Positions 48,121-58,207 of a stretch of 64,000 nt of DNA are shown here, one piece after another. The notes under the pieces were generated by a model, which did not search any database, had not been told where the DNA came from, and was given only the letters and a program-made list of their open reading frames with translations. Source of the DNA: Candidatus Hinthialibacteria bacterium OLB16 (GTDB lineage: Bacteria; Hinthialibacterota; Hinthialibacteria; OLB16); NCBI GenBank assembly GCA_001567115.1, contig LMZT01000169.1:46-64045 (forward strand), given 5' to 3'. The position numbers were made by a program, and so were the translations under genes. The stretch's first letter is position 1, and every line of letters begins with the position of its first letter.

Positions 48121-49614
48121 ATGTACCGTAGTTTTCTTATTGTGGCTCTGTTGGCAGGACTGGGTGGGCTGGCATTTTCCCAGAATACAACTGATTGGAC
48201 TCAACCTTACGAGGCAGATGCAGGCGCTGTGGATTTATACCATTTCTACGATGGCGCACTCGGCGGGGAACAGGAAATTGTCGACTATGCGGCCCCATAT
48301 TTATGGGGTTGGACTCATAATGGCACGGGAGCCGCACCGCTTCATGTGCCCTCGATGCCTGGATTTGGGGAGTGTATTCAATTGGATGGAATCGATGACC
48401 GTGGTGAGTTTCCTCCCGATGGGGGCGGCGCTCACAATGTGTACTCAAACGACCTTTCTGTTGAAGCCTGGATCAATCCTGTAAACCTTTCCGGAATCCA
48501 CAGGATTGTACATATGCACGGTACAGTCAGTTTCTATAGCGATGGGTCCAACCTGGTTATGTGGCTGTTTGGCAATGATGGGGGAAATATGTGGTTCCCG
48601 GCTACCACCAACAACCCGCTGACTGCAGGAGAGTGGAGCCATGTCGCCGGGACATACCATTACAACGGCGACGGGACTGCGGTCGCCAAGTTTTATGTGA
48701 ATGGCAGCCTCGAGGGAACTCAAAATCTTTCCAGCGGTGCTTTGCCATTAGGCAATGCGCGCAACACCAACTGGCAGATGCTGGGCAGCACCTCCTGGGG
48801 AAGCGAGTATTTCGAAGGGAAAATGGATGAAGTCCGGATCTCCAATGTGGTGCGTGAATATGTCCCGTTAAATCCACCCAATCTGACTGACTGGACCAAA
48901 CCTTTCGATCCTGATGCCGATACTGTTTTCCTGTTTCATACCGAGTTGGATAACGGAAATCCTCAGTTTGTTGTTAATTCAGGCCCCAGTCAGTGGGGGG
49001 CATGGGCAGACCCCATCACAAATGACTCCCATGGAAGCCAACGGTTTGCAACAGAAGTCCCTTCTCCGGAATTTGTGACCAGCATCTACTCTTCAGGGAA
49101 TTCCACTTCATGGCCAAGATGGCATGCGCTTGTGAATGATGTCTTTGCAATTACTCCGCTGGAGAACCAGCTCACGCTCGAAGCCTGGATTCGTCCCGAT
49201 TCAGTTCAAGCCTCAGGTGATGTCATTCAACGAATTATCAGCTGCAACAACTGTTATTTTCTTTACCTGTTCAATAATGAAATCGAGGTTTGGTTGAAGT
49301 ATTCCGATAATACCGATGCTGCGTTTCGGACAACCGGTGCCAATGTCCCGGCAGGGGTCTGGAGCCATCTGGTGGCGCAATGGAATGGCGCCGAACAAAC
49401 TCTGAGTATTTTCATGAATGGCCAGCTGCTGGGATCAGTAGAAGTTCCTGACAAACCGAACCTGAGAACGCCCACAAACACCGACTGGCTGGTGATGTGT
49501 TCTCCACCCTGGAACGCTGAATTGTTTGCCGGCTATATCGATGAAGTTCGCATTTCCAAGGTGGCTCGGTATGAGGATAATGTGACCTCTGTCAGTAACT
49601 GGGATTTGTACTAA
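48121..49614 (+). CDS. Secreted protein with two tandem LamG/concanavalin-A-like lectin domains
   Basis: Signal peptide; internal duplication, each half ending ...SEYFEGKMDEVRISNVVREY / ...AELFAGYIDEVRISKVARYE (the LamG F-x-G-x-hDEVRIS signature). Confidence 0.75.
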   Translation: MYRSFLIVALLAGLGGLAFSQNTTDWTQPYEADAGAVDLYHFYDGALGGEQEIVDYAAPYLWGWTHNGTGAAPLHVPSMPGFGECIQLDGIDDRGEFPPDGGGAHNVYSNDLSVEAWINPVNLSGIHRIVHMHGTVSFYSDGSNLVMWLFGNDGGNMWFPATTNNPLTAGEWSHVAGTYHYNGDGTAVAKFYVNGSLEGTQNLSSGALPLGNARNTNWQMLGSTSWGSEYFEGKMDEVRISNVVREYVPLNPPNLTDWTKPFDPDADTVFLFHTELDNGNPQFVVNSGPSQWGAWADPITNDSHGSQRFATEVPSPEFVTSIYSSGNSTSWPRWHALVNDVFAITPLENQLTLEAWIRPDSVQASGDVIQRIISCNNCYFLYLFNNEIEVWLKYSDNTDAAFRTTGANVPAGVWSHLVAQWNGAEQTLSIFMNGQLLGSVEVPDKPNLRTPTNTDWLVMCSPPWNAELFAGYIDEVRISKVARYEDNVTSVSNWDLY

Positions 49615-49720
49615 CCCGTGGCTGACTGAAAGCAGTCTTTACAGTATCCATAGTGAGATGAATCGTACCCCAGCGGCATGTTGACCGGATTCGGCACATG
49701 CGCTGGGAAACAAGAAATCA

Positions 49721-49737
49721 ATGACGCTATGCGTCAT
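49721..49737. promoter_or_regulatory. Perfect 7-3-7 palindrome ATGACGC-tat-GCGTCAT about 35 bp upstream of the ribokinase start; candidate operator
   Basis: Read directly from the sequence. Confidence 0.35.
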
Positions 49738-49769
49738 GGCAGGGCACAAAAGATTGAGTCGTCAGACAA

Positions 49770-50750
49770 ATGACTACCAGAACAACTACACCTTCCATAA
49801 TTGTGACCGGCTCGGCCAACCTGGATTTCTGTGTCTCCGTTCCACGTTTACCCCAACGTGGTGAGACCTTGATTGGTGAAGACATGCATACCTTTTTCGG
49901 TGGAAAGGGGGCCAATCAAGCCATCGCAGCAGCACGTCTGGGGGGTGATGTCGGATTCATCGCCAAATTAGGTGATGATGCTTTCGGAGCTCAGTACCTT
50001 CGCCATCTCAGGCACGAAGGAATCGATACCTCCTGTGTCTCTTTCGCTCAAAACTGTCCGACTGGCACAGCCCAGATCATAGTCGAAGAGCTCGGACAAA
50101 ATATGATCGTGGTTTCTCCCTCCGCAAACATGCGGATCAGCCTCTCAGATCTGCATCAGGCGGAACACATTATCGCTGCAGCTGGAATTCTGCTGCTTCA
50201 AATGGAAATCCCTCAGGAGATTGTCGAAGGTGCCATCAGAATCGCCAACCGGCAGGGTGTTCAGGTCATACTGAATCCCTCCCCTGTTGATTCACGGTTC
50301 CAATTCAAAGGGCTTGAGATTGATTACCTGGTGGTCAATGTTGTGGAAGCGGAAACCATTACCGGAATTACCTGCCGGGATCTGCAGACGCTCAGTGAAG
50401 CAGCGGAGTGTCTGGTATCCATGGGTGCTCGAAATGTGGTGATCACACGCGGGCGAGAGAGCACACTGGTCGATTGCCATGATACGATTGAGTTCGTTCC
50501 AACTATCCATGTGGACTCAGTGGATGCTGTTGGTGCAGGAGACACATTTGCGGGGGCATTGGCGGTTGCGCTTACTGAGAAAATGGACATTATTTCGGCG
50601 GTCCGGTTTGCCAACTGTGCCGGGGCTCTCGCCACCACCCGCCTCGGTGCTCAGGCTGCAATGCCCTTCCGGGCAGAGGTTGAAGAATGCCTGACTTCTA
50701 ACCTTGATATGGCAGAAAAGACAAAGAGCCGAATGAGCCGTTACACTTGA
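49770..50750 (+). CDS. rbsK: Ribokinase (PfkB family)
   Basis: GGKGANQAIAAARLG and DAVGAGDTFAGAL motifs; TGSANLDF N-terminal. Confidence 0.8.
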   Translation: MTTRTTTPSIIVTGSANLDFCVSVPRLPQRGETLIGEDMHTFFGGKGANQAIAAARLGGDVGFIAKLGDDAFGAQYLRHLRHEGIDTSCVSFAQNCPTGTAQIIVEELGQNMIVVSPSANMRISLSDLHQAEHIIAAAGILLLQMEIPQEIVEGAIRIANRQGVQVILNPSPVDSRFQFKGLEIDYLVVNVVEAETITGITCRDLQTLSEAAECLVSMGARNVVITRGRESTLVDCHDTIEFVPTIHVDSVDAVGAGDTFAGALAVALTEKMDIISAVRFANCAGALATTRLGAQAAMPFRAEVEECLTSNLDMAEKTKSRMSRYT

Positions 50751-50865
50751 TGCGGAGGGATTCCTGCCCGGAAGCAGTGACAAACCCTGGTGAACCCGGC
50801 GCGATTAAAATATAACCCTGCCAGCTCACAATTAATCATAAGCTCCCTTCGGCAAAGGATTTCTC

Positions 50866-53853
50866 ATGAAAAGTTTCGTTTATCAGGTGCTGGACAGGCT
50901 CCTGATGCCATGTTTTCTGTTTGCTTGTTTTTGCTGTATCACTCTGGCAGCCGGAGCAATGGAGACCATGAACAATAGAATGGATTCGGCTCTGCTGTTC
51001 GAGACCGAGCTCGACCCCGTTTATCTCAGGTGGATTATGGGCCCTGGTGAGTTGCGAGGCTTCTGGTTTGCCCATCCTTGTGAAGAGACGAAAGAGCGTA
51101 CTGGCGCCAACACCTTCTCCTCACACATAAGTCTTCACCTCCTGGAGGATCCTGAAAGTCCGGACGGCTTCCGGATCGAATCACCCTTTGTTCCATCCCA
51201 TTCCACTGTGGAGATGGGCTTCCATTCCGGCAGGCCGATGGCAGAGGTTCGTATCTTGATCAGCACCGCTTTCGAAGGAGCGGCAGGAAAGGCTGAACTC
51301 TATCGGATTGAAGAAGATCAAAAGCGGATATTTGCGGGATCCAGCGAGCAGGTGAATGCGCGGAAAGACAGCTGGGGTAATCGTCAAACCTGAGGGGCAT
51401 AACCAGAATTTCCCGGCCGGCCAGTATGTTCTCAAGGTTGCATCACGGCGGATGCGGGTGGAAGTCTGGCCTGGCCCATCGGCCAGCCCTGAGACCTGGA
51501 TCGGATTTCCTGATGAAAGTGAGAAACCGCACCAGCAGCAGACTGCACTCCTTGCCACTGTTTCTTATGTTGATGGAACTGCCAGCCAACTCCGCAAAGA
51601 TGAAGAACAAAGGCCATGGCTCTCACTCGGAAGCCATGATCCTGGCTCCGAAGCCGAGGAGGCCAGGATGTTTTTCAACATCGATCTCGGAGAACACAAC
51701 AATCCCTTCTTCATCTACTATCCACCTTCTTTCCAGGCTGCCTTCCCCAATGCCTTCATGCAGGATATTGATGGAAATCGGATCAAAATTGACTCGAACC
51801 CCATCGGTGAAGTCGAAAACCCTGTGCCGGCGGTAGATGATCCGGATTTGCGCAGACTCTCAAAGAAGCTCATAAAACAGGGCGTGGAGTCTTTACGAGG
51901 ATCCCCATGGCTTCGTTACTATGTGATCGCGGGTGAGGAATGCTATCCCGACTACTTTGGAATGCTTCCGGTGGGTGACTTTCGAAAGGCATTCACCGAT
52001 CGTTTTAATCTCTATTCCCACCAGGAGAAATGGGGGCTGGCTTTTGACCGGGAGGCATTTCGTGCCGATCCCGATGGGCCTCTCGGAAAGGCATGGTACC
52101 TTTTTCGGGAACATGCCATGGCCGACCGTGCGGCCGACTACATGCACACATTTCTGGAGAACGACTCGGAGCATCCAGTTTTCTACCCGACTCATGGGAA
52201 TCCCTTTTTCGGCCTGGGCCAAAGCGGGAGAAAACAGTTGGGATATTCGCCCGGATTGATTGCGGGAGCCTGTGATGGTTTTGAGACCGGCCAAATCTCG
52301 ATTGACACGGATGTGGAATTTCTGAATCTGCTGACACTTTCCCATAACACCTCCTGGGGTGTTCCTGTGGTTTCACCACGTCTTGGAAATAAAACACTGG
52401 ATCCATCTGCTCGAGGAGGCGGAAGAAGCTTCACCCCTACTATGCTTCGCCGCCTCTTCTATGAAGCCATTGGGCATGGTGTCTGGCATGCCGGCCTCCT
52501 GCAGTGGACCGGGGTATTGGGAGATGGTGAGTGGTTCATCAGGGACACTCCGGCTGAACAGGAAGCGCTTCAAGTTTTCAAAGAGGTTGAGTCTGCTTCG
52601 CCATATTTGACAGGAATGAGCCGACTGCAATCCAGAGTTGGCCTGTATATCTCCGATAGCACCTGGATTCATAAGGGCTGGCAGGCCCGTTGGACAGGTT
52701 TTTACCAGGATGCCCTCTGGGACCATTGGCAAATTGCGTTGGTGGGTGACCAGCTGCTTGGTGAGGAACTCGCTTCGAAAATCCCGGTACTCGTTTCTCT
52801 CGATAATACATTGATCGATTCGCAGGCTATTCAAAGACTCAAGGAATACAAGAAGGCTGGAGGTTGCCTCATTCGCTGGGGCGAATTTGGGCAAGCAGAT
52901 GAACTGGGGACTCCATTCGAGGGAGATCCGTTTAAGGATGCCCATGGTGTGGTGGATGTCCAATCTCCCCCTGATGAATCTCAGAGGGAGCTGATGAATG
53001 CCTGCACTACAGGATTGGGAGCGCACAAACATGTCACTCGATATCAGGCAGCTCCTTTTGTGGCCATAAAAGAAGCCATTCTTTCCAGAGTTCCGGAATC
53101 TTATCTGTGCCCAGTAAAAATTGAGGCAGCCGGCCGGATTCATGCCTACACCCTGACCGATGGCTGGAATCTGGTGACGGTTCTTGTGAACCACGAAAGC
53201 CAATCGACAGCTCCGGAGGAAGTCCAAGAAACTGGCATTGGAAACAGATCGGTGTGCCTTCAGAGGCTTCAGGCAAACCCAAACCGGGAACCGCAACTCT
53301 GACTCTGAAGGGAGCCGGCAGTGCTCTGATATGGATGACTCCCGGCGCTGTCCCTGCCGATATTGGAAAGCAGCTCAAATTAAGCCGGGAAATCCTCGAT
53401 CGCTGGGTTGAATGGGGAGTGGATGTGGAAACATACCGAGCCTGTTTAAGTGAAGCAGATACAGCCCGATCTGCTGGCCTCGATGCGAAAGCTCATGCCC
53501 TGTCTGCACGGATTGTGAATGGCCTGGGAATTAATGCGAGTCTTGTTGAAAATGCCTCTGGTGTCTCAAAAATCCGTGCTTCAGTTTTTGATTCATCCGG
53601 AAAGCCAGTTTCGGGAGCCTCCGTCATTTGCCGTCTGGTTCCAGGAAAATTCCACTGGCTCTCCCTCGAGGAGCCTGCACCCGGAATCTACGAGGGAGAG
53701 ATTACGAAGGAGAACCTTCCGGATTTATACAATCCTGGCAAGGGATGCTATGAACCTTACTCCGGTCCGCTAAGGCTGATTGTTCATTCCAGTCAGGGTG
53801 GGCAGGATGGCTTCTGCCTCCGGACCCTCTCATTGGAGAAGAGGATTCCCTGA
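50866..53853 (+). pseudogene. Large (about 990 aa) secreted glycoside-hydrolase-like protein with GH42-type (GATase1-like) middle domain, apparently split into three ORFs by homopolymer indels
   Basis: ORFs 50866-51393, 51356-53302 and 53254-53853 overlap head to tail in different frames, with no RBS or starts at the junctions (G/A runs near 51364-51377 and the A3 run at 53242-53244). N-terminal signal peptide; VLVSLDNTLIDSQAIQRLKEYKKAGGCLI resembles the beta-galactosidase trimerisation domain. Confidence 0.45.
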
Positions 53854-53859
53854 TTCCCC

Positions 53860-55887
53860 ATGCGGAGGCCATTAAAGATTCTCATTACCTTGGGTGCACT
53901 GGCTCTGATCCCAATCATGGTGGAGCGCACAGGGGAAAAGGTTAAAGCCTATCCGGGAGCCTCCAGTGCTCATGCAGAACTTGAACGCGGCCTGGATTTC
54001 CTGATGACCGGCAAGAATATCCCGATGGATTTTTTGAGCGCCATCGAGAAATTTTCCCAGGTTGCCCCTGAACATGGAGCGACATCACTCGAGGCTGAAA
54101 TCGCTGAATTTCTCTCTGCCTGGTGTATCTGGGCTGATCCATCTTCTGACAACAAACGCAAAGAGATGGCCCTATCGGATTTTCAATTGAAATATCCGGA
54201 TTCCCCTTTTCTTGCCCATGCCCTTTTCATGCGTGCCCTTATTGAATCCACGTCGATACCACAAACAGGGCCGGATACCGCAATATCCACGTATAAAAAG
54301 ATCGTCCAGGATTATCCCGACAGCACCCTTGCGGACCTTTCAAGGCTGGCTCTGGCCGGGCTCCATCGGGAGCAGGTGCATGATCTTCGCGAGTCAGCCC
54401 GCTGGTATGGGGAAGTGGTAAGGAGTGGAACGGACACTTTTCTGCTTCATGAGATCGAGCTTTTTCATTACCTCCAGGCGAAAATGCTGCAAGAGGCTGG
54501 CGATGCTGATGAGGCCCGCAGGATATACCATGCCATTCTGGAATCTGAGAAAAAATCAGCGGGAAACTGGAAAGACCGCGCCCTCGATCGTCTTGCTGAG
54601 CTAGGAGAAAAAGTGCAGGACGAATCCTGGGGAGAGGTCCAGCAGACCTCTTTCCCCATGCAAAATCATTCCTTTAGTTCCGACAAGCCGATCACCCTTC
54701 GTATCAGCTCCTGGATTCTCGAAAAGAAAGGGATGCTTGAAGCCTTTACACAGATCGGAGAGAAATACCACGAACACAACCCGGATGTGACGATTGAATG
54801 GATCAGCCTGCCTTATACGGGATACCACGACTGGCTGCAGACTCAGATTCTAAGCGACGAAATTCCCGACATCGTGCAAATTGATAATGGAACTGCAGTT
54901 CGGTATGGAGCTTATCAAGGGAAGCTGGTGGACATCTCCCCCTACCTGGAAAAGCCCAACAACTATACCGGTGTCCGTTGGGCAGAGATGTTCTGGCCAC
55001 AATTCCTGATCGAGGCCCGCGATCCGGTCAAAAGGAGAAACTGGGTCGTGTCATGGGCCTCTGAGAACAGCGCGTTCATTTATAATAAGGATGCTTTTCG
55101 AAAAGCTGGTCTCATCAAACGTGATAACTCCGGGAATGCTGTCAGAGACAGTTCGGGAAAAGAGGTGGTGGATGAACCTGAAACCTGGGCTGACCTGATT
55201 ACCGCCTTTCAGAAACTCGAACAGTCTGGTTATTATGGAGAGGTCTGCAATTTCCATCCCGACCCGGCCCCCTTGATCTGGCAAATGCCTTACATCACCA
55301 AGCAGATTTACGACAACCTGATCCCCAAACTGGATGTGATTGTTCCGGATGACTCTCCGGATGTGTTCGAGATTGCCAAATGCCTGCTGGATGGAACTCT
55401 GGATCTCCGTGATGGCGAAGTATCCGAACTCTGGCGCCTCCTCTATGAAAAGAGCGAATATTGGGTGCCTGGTTCCACAGCCATGGATATCCGGGATGCC
55501 TTCAATGATTTTCTACGGGGCAAGGCGGCCACTCTTCATTGGGTTTCAACAGACCTCGCGGATTTTGAAGACAAGGCTGACTTTGAACTGGGTGTCTTTC
55601 CTTTTCCTTCCCTGGAAGGGACTCCTTATTTTGATGGGCTTTATAATGAGACTCCCAGCCTGAGAGCATTCGAGTTTTCGATTCCACGGGTTACCGAATC
55701 ACGGAACACATTGCCTGCTGCGATGGATTTCCTTATGTACCTGACATCCCCGGAGGCTCAAAGGGTCATGGTAGACAAAGGAAACACCATTCCCCCTATC
55801 CGTGGAATCCAGCCCTCCAGGCGTCTTGAGCCCTTCATGCGGGCCATCGGCAGACGCGGAACTCATACCACTTTCTTTAATCCTTAA
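53860..55887 (+). CDS. ABC transporter extracellular solute-binding protein (carbohydrate, family 1) with an about 250-aa N-terminal TPR-like helical extension
   Basis: Signal peptide; the SBP core begins ITLRISSWILEKKGMLEAFTQIGEKYHEHNPDVTIEWISLPYTGYHDWLQ. Confidence 0.7.
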   Translation: MRRPLKILITLGALALIPIMVERTGEKVKAYPGASSAHAELERGLDFLMTGKNIPMDFLSAIEKFSQVAPEHGATSLEAEIAEFLSAWCIWADPSSDNKRKEMALSDFQLKYPDSPFLAHALFMRALIESTSIPQTGPDTAISTYKKIVQDYPDSTLADLSRLALAGLHREQVHDLRESARWYGEVVRSGTDTFLLHEIELFHYLQAKMLQEAGDADEARRIYHAILESEKKSAGNWKDRALDRLAELGEKVQDESWGEVQQTSFPMQNHSFSSDKPITLRISSWILEKKGMLEAFTQIGEKYHEHNPDVTIEWISLPYTGYHDWLQTQILSDEIPDIVQIDNGTAVRYGAYQGKLVDISPYLEKPNNYTGVRWAEMFWPQFLIEARDPVKRRNWVVSWASENSAFIYNKDAFRKAGLIKRDNSGNAVRDSSGKEVVDEPETWADLITAFQKLEQSGYYGEVCNFHPDPAPLIWQMPYITKQIYDNLIPKLDVIVPDDSPDVFEIAKCLLDGTLDLRDGEVSELWRLLYEKSEYWVPGSTAMDIRDAFNDFLRGKAATLHWVSTDLADFEDKADFELGVFPFPSLEGTPYFDGLYNETPSLRAFEFSIPRVTESRNTLPAAMDFLMYLTSPEAQRVMVDKGNTIPPIRGIQPSRRLEPFMRAIGRRGTHTTFFNP

Positions 55888-55915
55888 TGAGATCGGGATC
55901 GTGAAAGAACCTTGA

Positions 55916-57310
55916 TTGGGCCCGAAGGGCGGAACAAAAGTGACTTGGATGAGCTCAACCAGCCTTCTCGGATCCATTCCCAACTACACTTATTTCAGAA
56001 GCGCTACAGGTGGCACTCGAGAGGTTTATCAGGACTGGCGGAAAGAGAGATTGCAGGAATTCCTCGACAATCTCCAGAAATACTTTGTATGGGCATATGG
56101 GCGTGCGGTTCGTGAATATGCCGAAGACCTCCATGCTGAAATCAGGCGGCACAATCATGACTGGATCGGCCTGTTCCGCAGCACATGGATGCAGGAAACT
56201 CCACCGGATCCGGGAAACGCTCTGGCAGCTTTTGAAGATATCTGGCGGACACTTAACGATCAATATTCGATGATCCTCCTTTGCCAGCGGGTAACAGGCT
56301 CCCATCTTGGTTCTTTTGATGTTGAGTCTCCACCCATCCCGTACCGGACACTGAAAAACATTCAGCGTTTTTTCATTCTTCTGATCGCCTCGATTTTCAG
56401 CCTGGGCCTGGTCGTGATGATCTGGCGGGGAACACTGGATGCGCTTTTAAAGGATGGAAGGGTTCTCTCGGTTTTCCTTCCCACAGTGCTGCTGCTCGGA
56501 ACCTTCTGCTACTTCCCGGCGGGATCCGCTATCTATCACGCCTTTTTCAAGTGGAATGGAGCGGACATTTCCGAGTTCATCGGACCTCAGAATTTCCGGA
56601 ACCTTTTGGCAGATGGGGTCTTATCTGGATCTTTCGCCATCATGGGGGTGTTTCTCATCGCCAGTATCCTGAAACTGACTCCAACCATCGTTGTAGCAGT
56701 TGTGCTCTTCCATTTGGCAAGCAGAACTCTTCAGTACTGGTTCCGGGTTGCTTTTGTCCTGCCGCTCATCATTCCATCGATCGTCGGGATGCTTGTGTGG
56801 AAGTATTTCTACAAGATGGATGGAGGAGTGCTGAATGCCTTGCTCCTGCGCCTCGATGTCATCCAGGTTCCTGTCAACTGGCTCGGCTCCGAAAATACAG
56901 TGGTTCCAGCACTCCTCTTTATCGGGTTTCCATTCGTTTCCACCATCGGGGTCTTGATATTGATGGCGGGCTTGCAGGCGATTCCGGGATCTGTTTTCGA
57001 GGCAGCAGAGCTGGATGGCTGTGGGGCTGTCCGTCGTTTCTGGCTGATCGAGATGCCGTTGATTATGGGGCAGGTCAAACTCAACCTCGTATTGACTACA
57101 ATCGGCACCCTTCAGGAATTCGCCCTGCCATTGATTCTGACACGTGGAGGACCCAATAACGCCTCGATGCTCCCTGGTTTATGGATGTATCTGAATGCCT
57201 TTTCCTATGGAAAGATGGGCTATGCGTCAGCCTTGGGTGTCGTGATGTTCCTTATTATTCTCGGGTTCACACTTGTGAATATGAAGGTGGCAAAAAGCCA
57301 TGTCGATTAA
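55916..57310 (+). CDS. Carbohydrate ABC transporter permease (MalF/UgpA-type) with an about 150-aa N-terminal cytoplasmic extension
   Basis: EAAELDG signature loop, 6 TM helices. Confidence 0.75.
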   Translation: MGPKGGTKVTWMSSTSLLGSIPNYTYFRSATGGTREVYQDWRKERLQEFLDNLQKYFVWAYGRAVREYAEDLHAEIRRHNHDWIGLFRSTWMQETPPDPGNALAAFEDIWRTLNDQYSMILLCQRVTGSHLGSFDVESPPIPYRTLKNIQRFFILLIASIFSLGLVVMIWRGTLDALLKDGRVLSVFLPTVLLLGTFCYFPAGSAIYHAFFKWNGADISEFIGPQNFRNLLADGVLSGSFAIMGVFLIASILKLTPTIVVAVVLFHLASRTLQYWFRVAFVLPLIIPSIVGMLVWKYFYKMDGGVLNALLLRLDVIQVPVNWLGSENTVVPALLFIGFPFVSTIGVLILMAGLQAIPGSVFEAAELDGCGAVRRFWLIEMPLIMGQVKLNLVLTTIGTLQEFALPLILTRGGPNNASMLPGLWMYLNAFSYGKMGYASALGVVMFLIILGFTLVNMKVAKSHVD

Positions 57311-58193
57311 TGGCCCCACATCCGCTCCCATGGAGATGCTCAAAACCAGTGTGCTCCTGTTGGTCTGCCTGTTTATCCTCTTCCCGGTCTACCTGATGCT
57401 GGTGATCAGTGTAAAGGACAACACCCAGTTTCTCGAAGCTCCATTTGTCCCGACCTGGCCGTTTCATTACGAAAATTATGTTACCGCCTGGGAATATGTT
57501 GGCCCCTATATTCTGCGGACCTTGTTCGTGGCGGTGGTTTCGACCTTCTGGGCAGTCTTCCTGGGATCCCTCTGCGCTTTTGTCCTTGCACAGTATGAGT
57601 TCGTTGCCAGAAAATTGATCTTCACATTTGTCGTCGCATTGATGATGATTCCCGGCATCCTTAACCTGATACCCCTTTATGTGCTGGTGGTACACATGGA
57701 CCAGGGGGTGCGTGAACTTGGAAGGTGCCTTTCTGGCTGGACCGGGTGGGGAGAAGATATCCGATTTCTGAATACTGTCTGGGTTCTGATCATTCCTGCT
57801 GCTGCAGGCGGACAAGTCATGCTGGTTTACGTTTTACGGACCTTCTTCCAGTCACAACCCCGCTCTTTATTTGAGTCCGCGCAGTTAGATGGCGCAGGCC
57901 TTTTTCAGATTTATTATCACATAGCCCTGCCCCTGGCACGCCCCATCATTGGCACCATGGCCATCATTAATGCGGTTGCTCTCTGGAATGACTACATCTG
58001 GCCCTTGGTTGTCCTGCAGCGCGATCACTACACACTGTCTGTCGGTTTGAAATACATGGAAAGCTTGAATCTCATTCAGTATGGGCCACTGATGGCGGGT
58101 TATCTGATTGCCAGTATTCCGCTCGTGATTCTCTTCTTTTTCTCGATGCGGCTTTTCATCGAAGGACTGGCCAGCGGGGCTATCAAAATGTAA
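57300..58193 (+). CDS. Carbohydrate ABC transporter permease (MalG/UgpE-type)
   Basis: ESAQLDGAG signature; about 20-aa insertion (HMDQGVRELGRCLSGWTGWGEDIRF) between TM helices. Confidence 0.75.
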   Translation: MSINGPTSAPMEMLKTSVLLLVCLFILFPVYLMLVISVKDNTQFLEAPFVPTWPFHYENYVTAWEYVGPYILRTLFVAVVSTFWAVFLGSLCAFVLAQYEFVARKLIFTFVVALMMIPGILNLIPLYVLVVHMDQGVRELGRCLSGWTGWGEDIRFLNTVWVLIIPAAAGGQVMLVYVLRTFFQSQPRSLFESAQLDGAGLFQIYYHIALPLARPIIGTMAIINAVALWNDYIWPLVVLQRDHYTLSVGLKYMESLNLIQYGPLMAGYLIASIPLVILFFFSMRLFIEGLASGAIKM

Positions 58194-58207
58194 GGAGGAT
58201 TTTTCAA

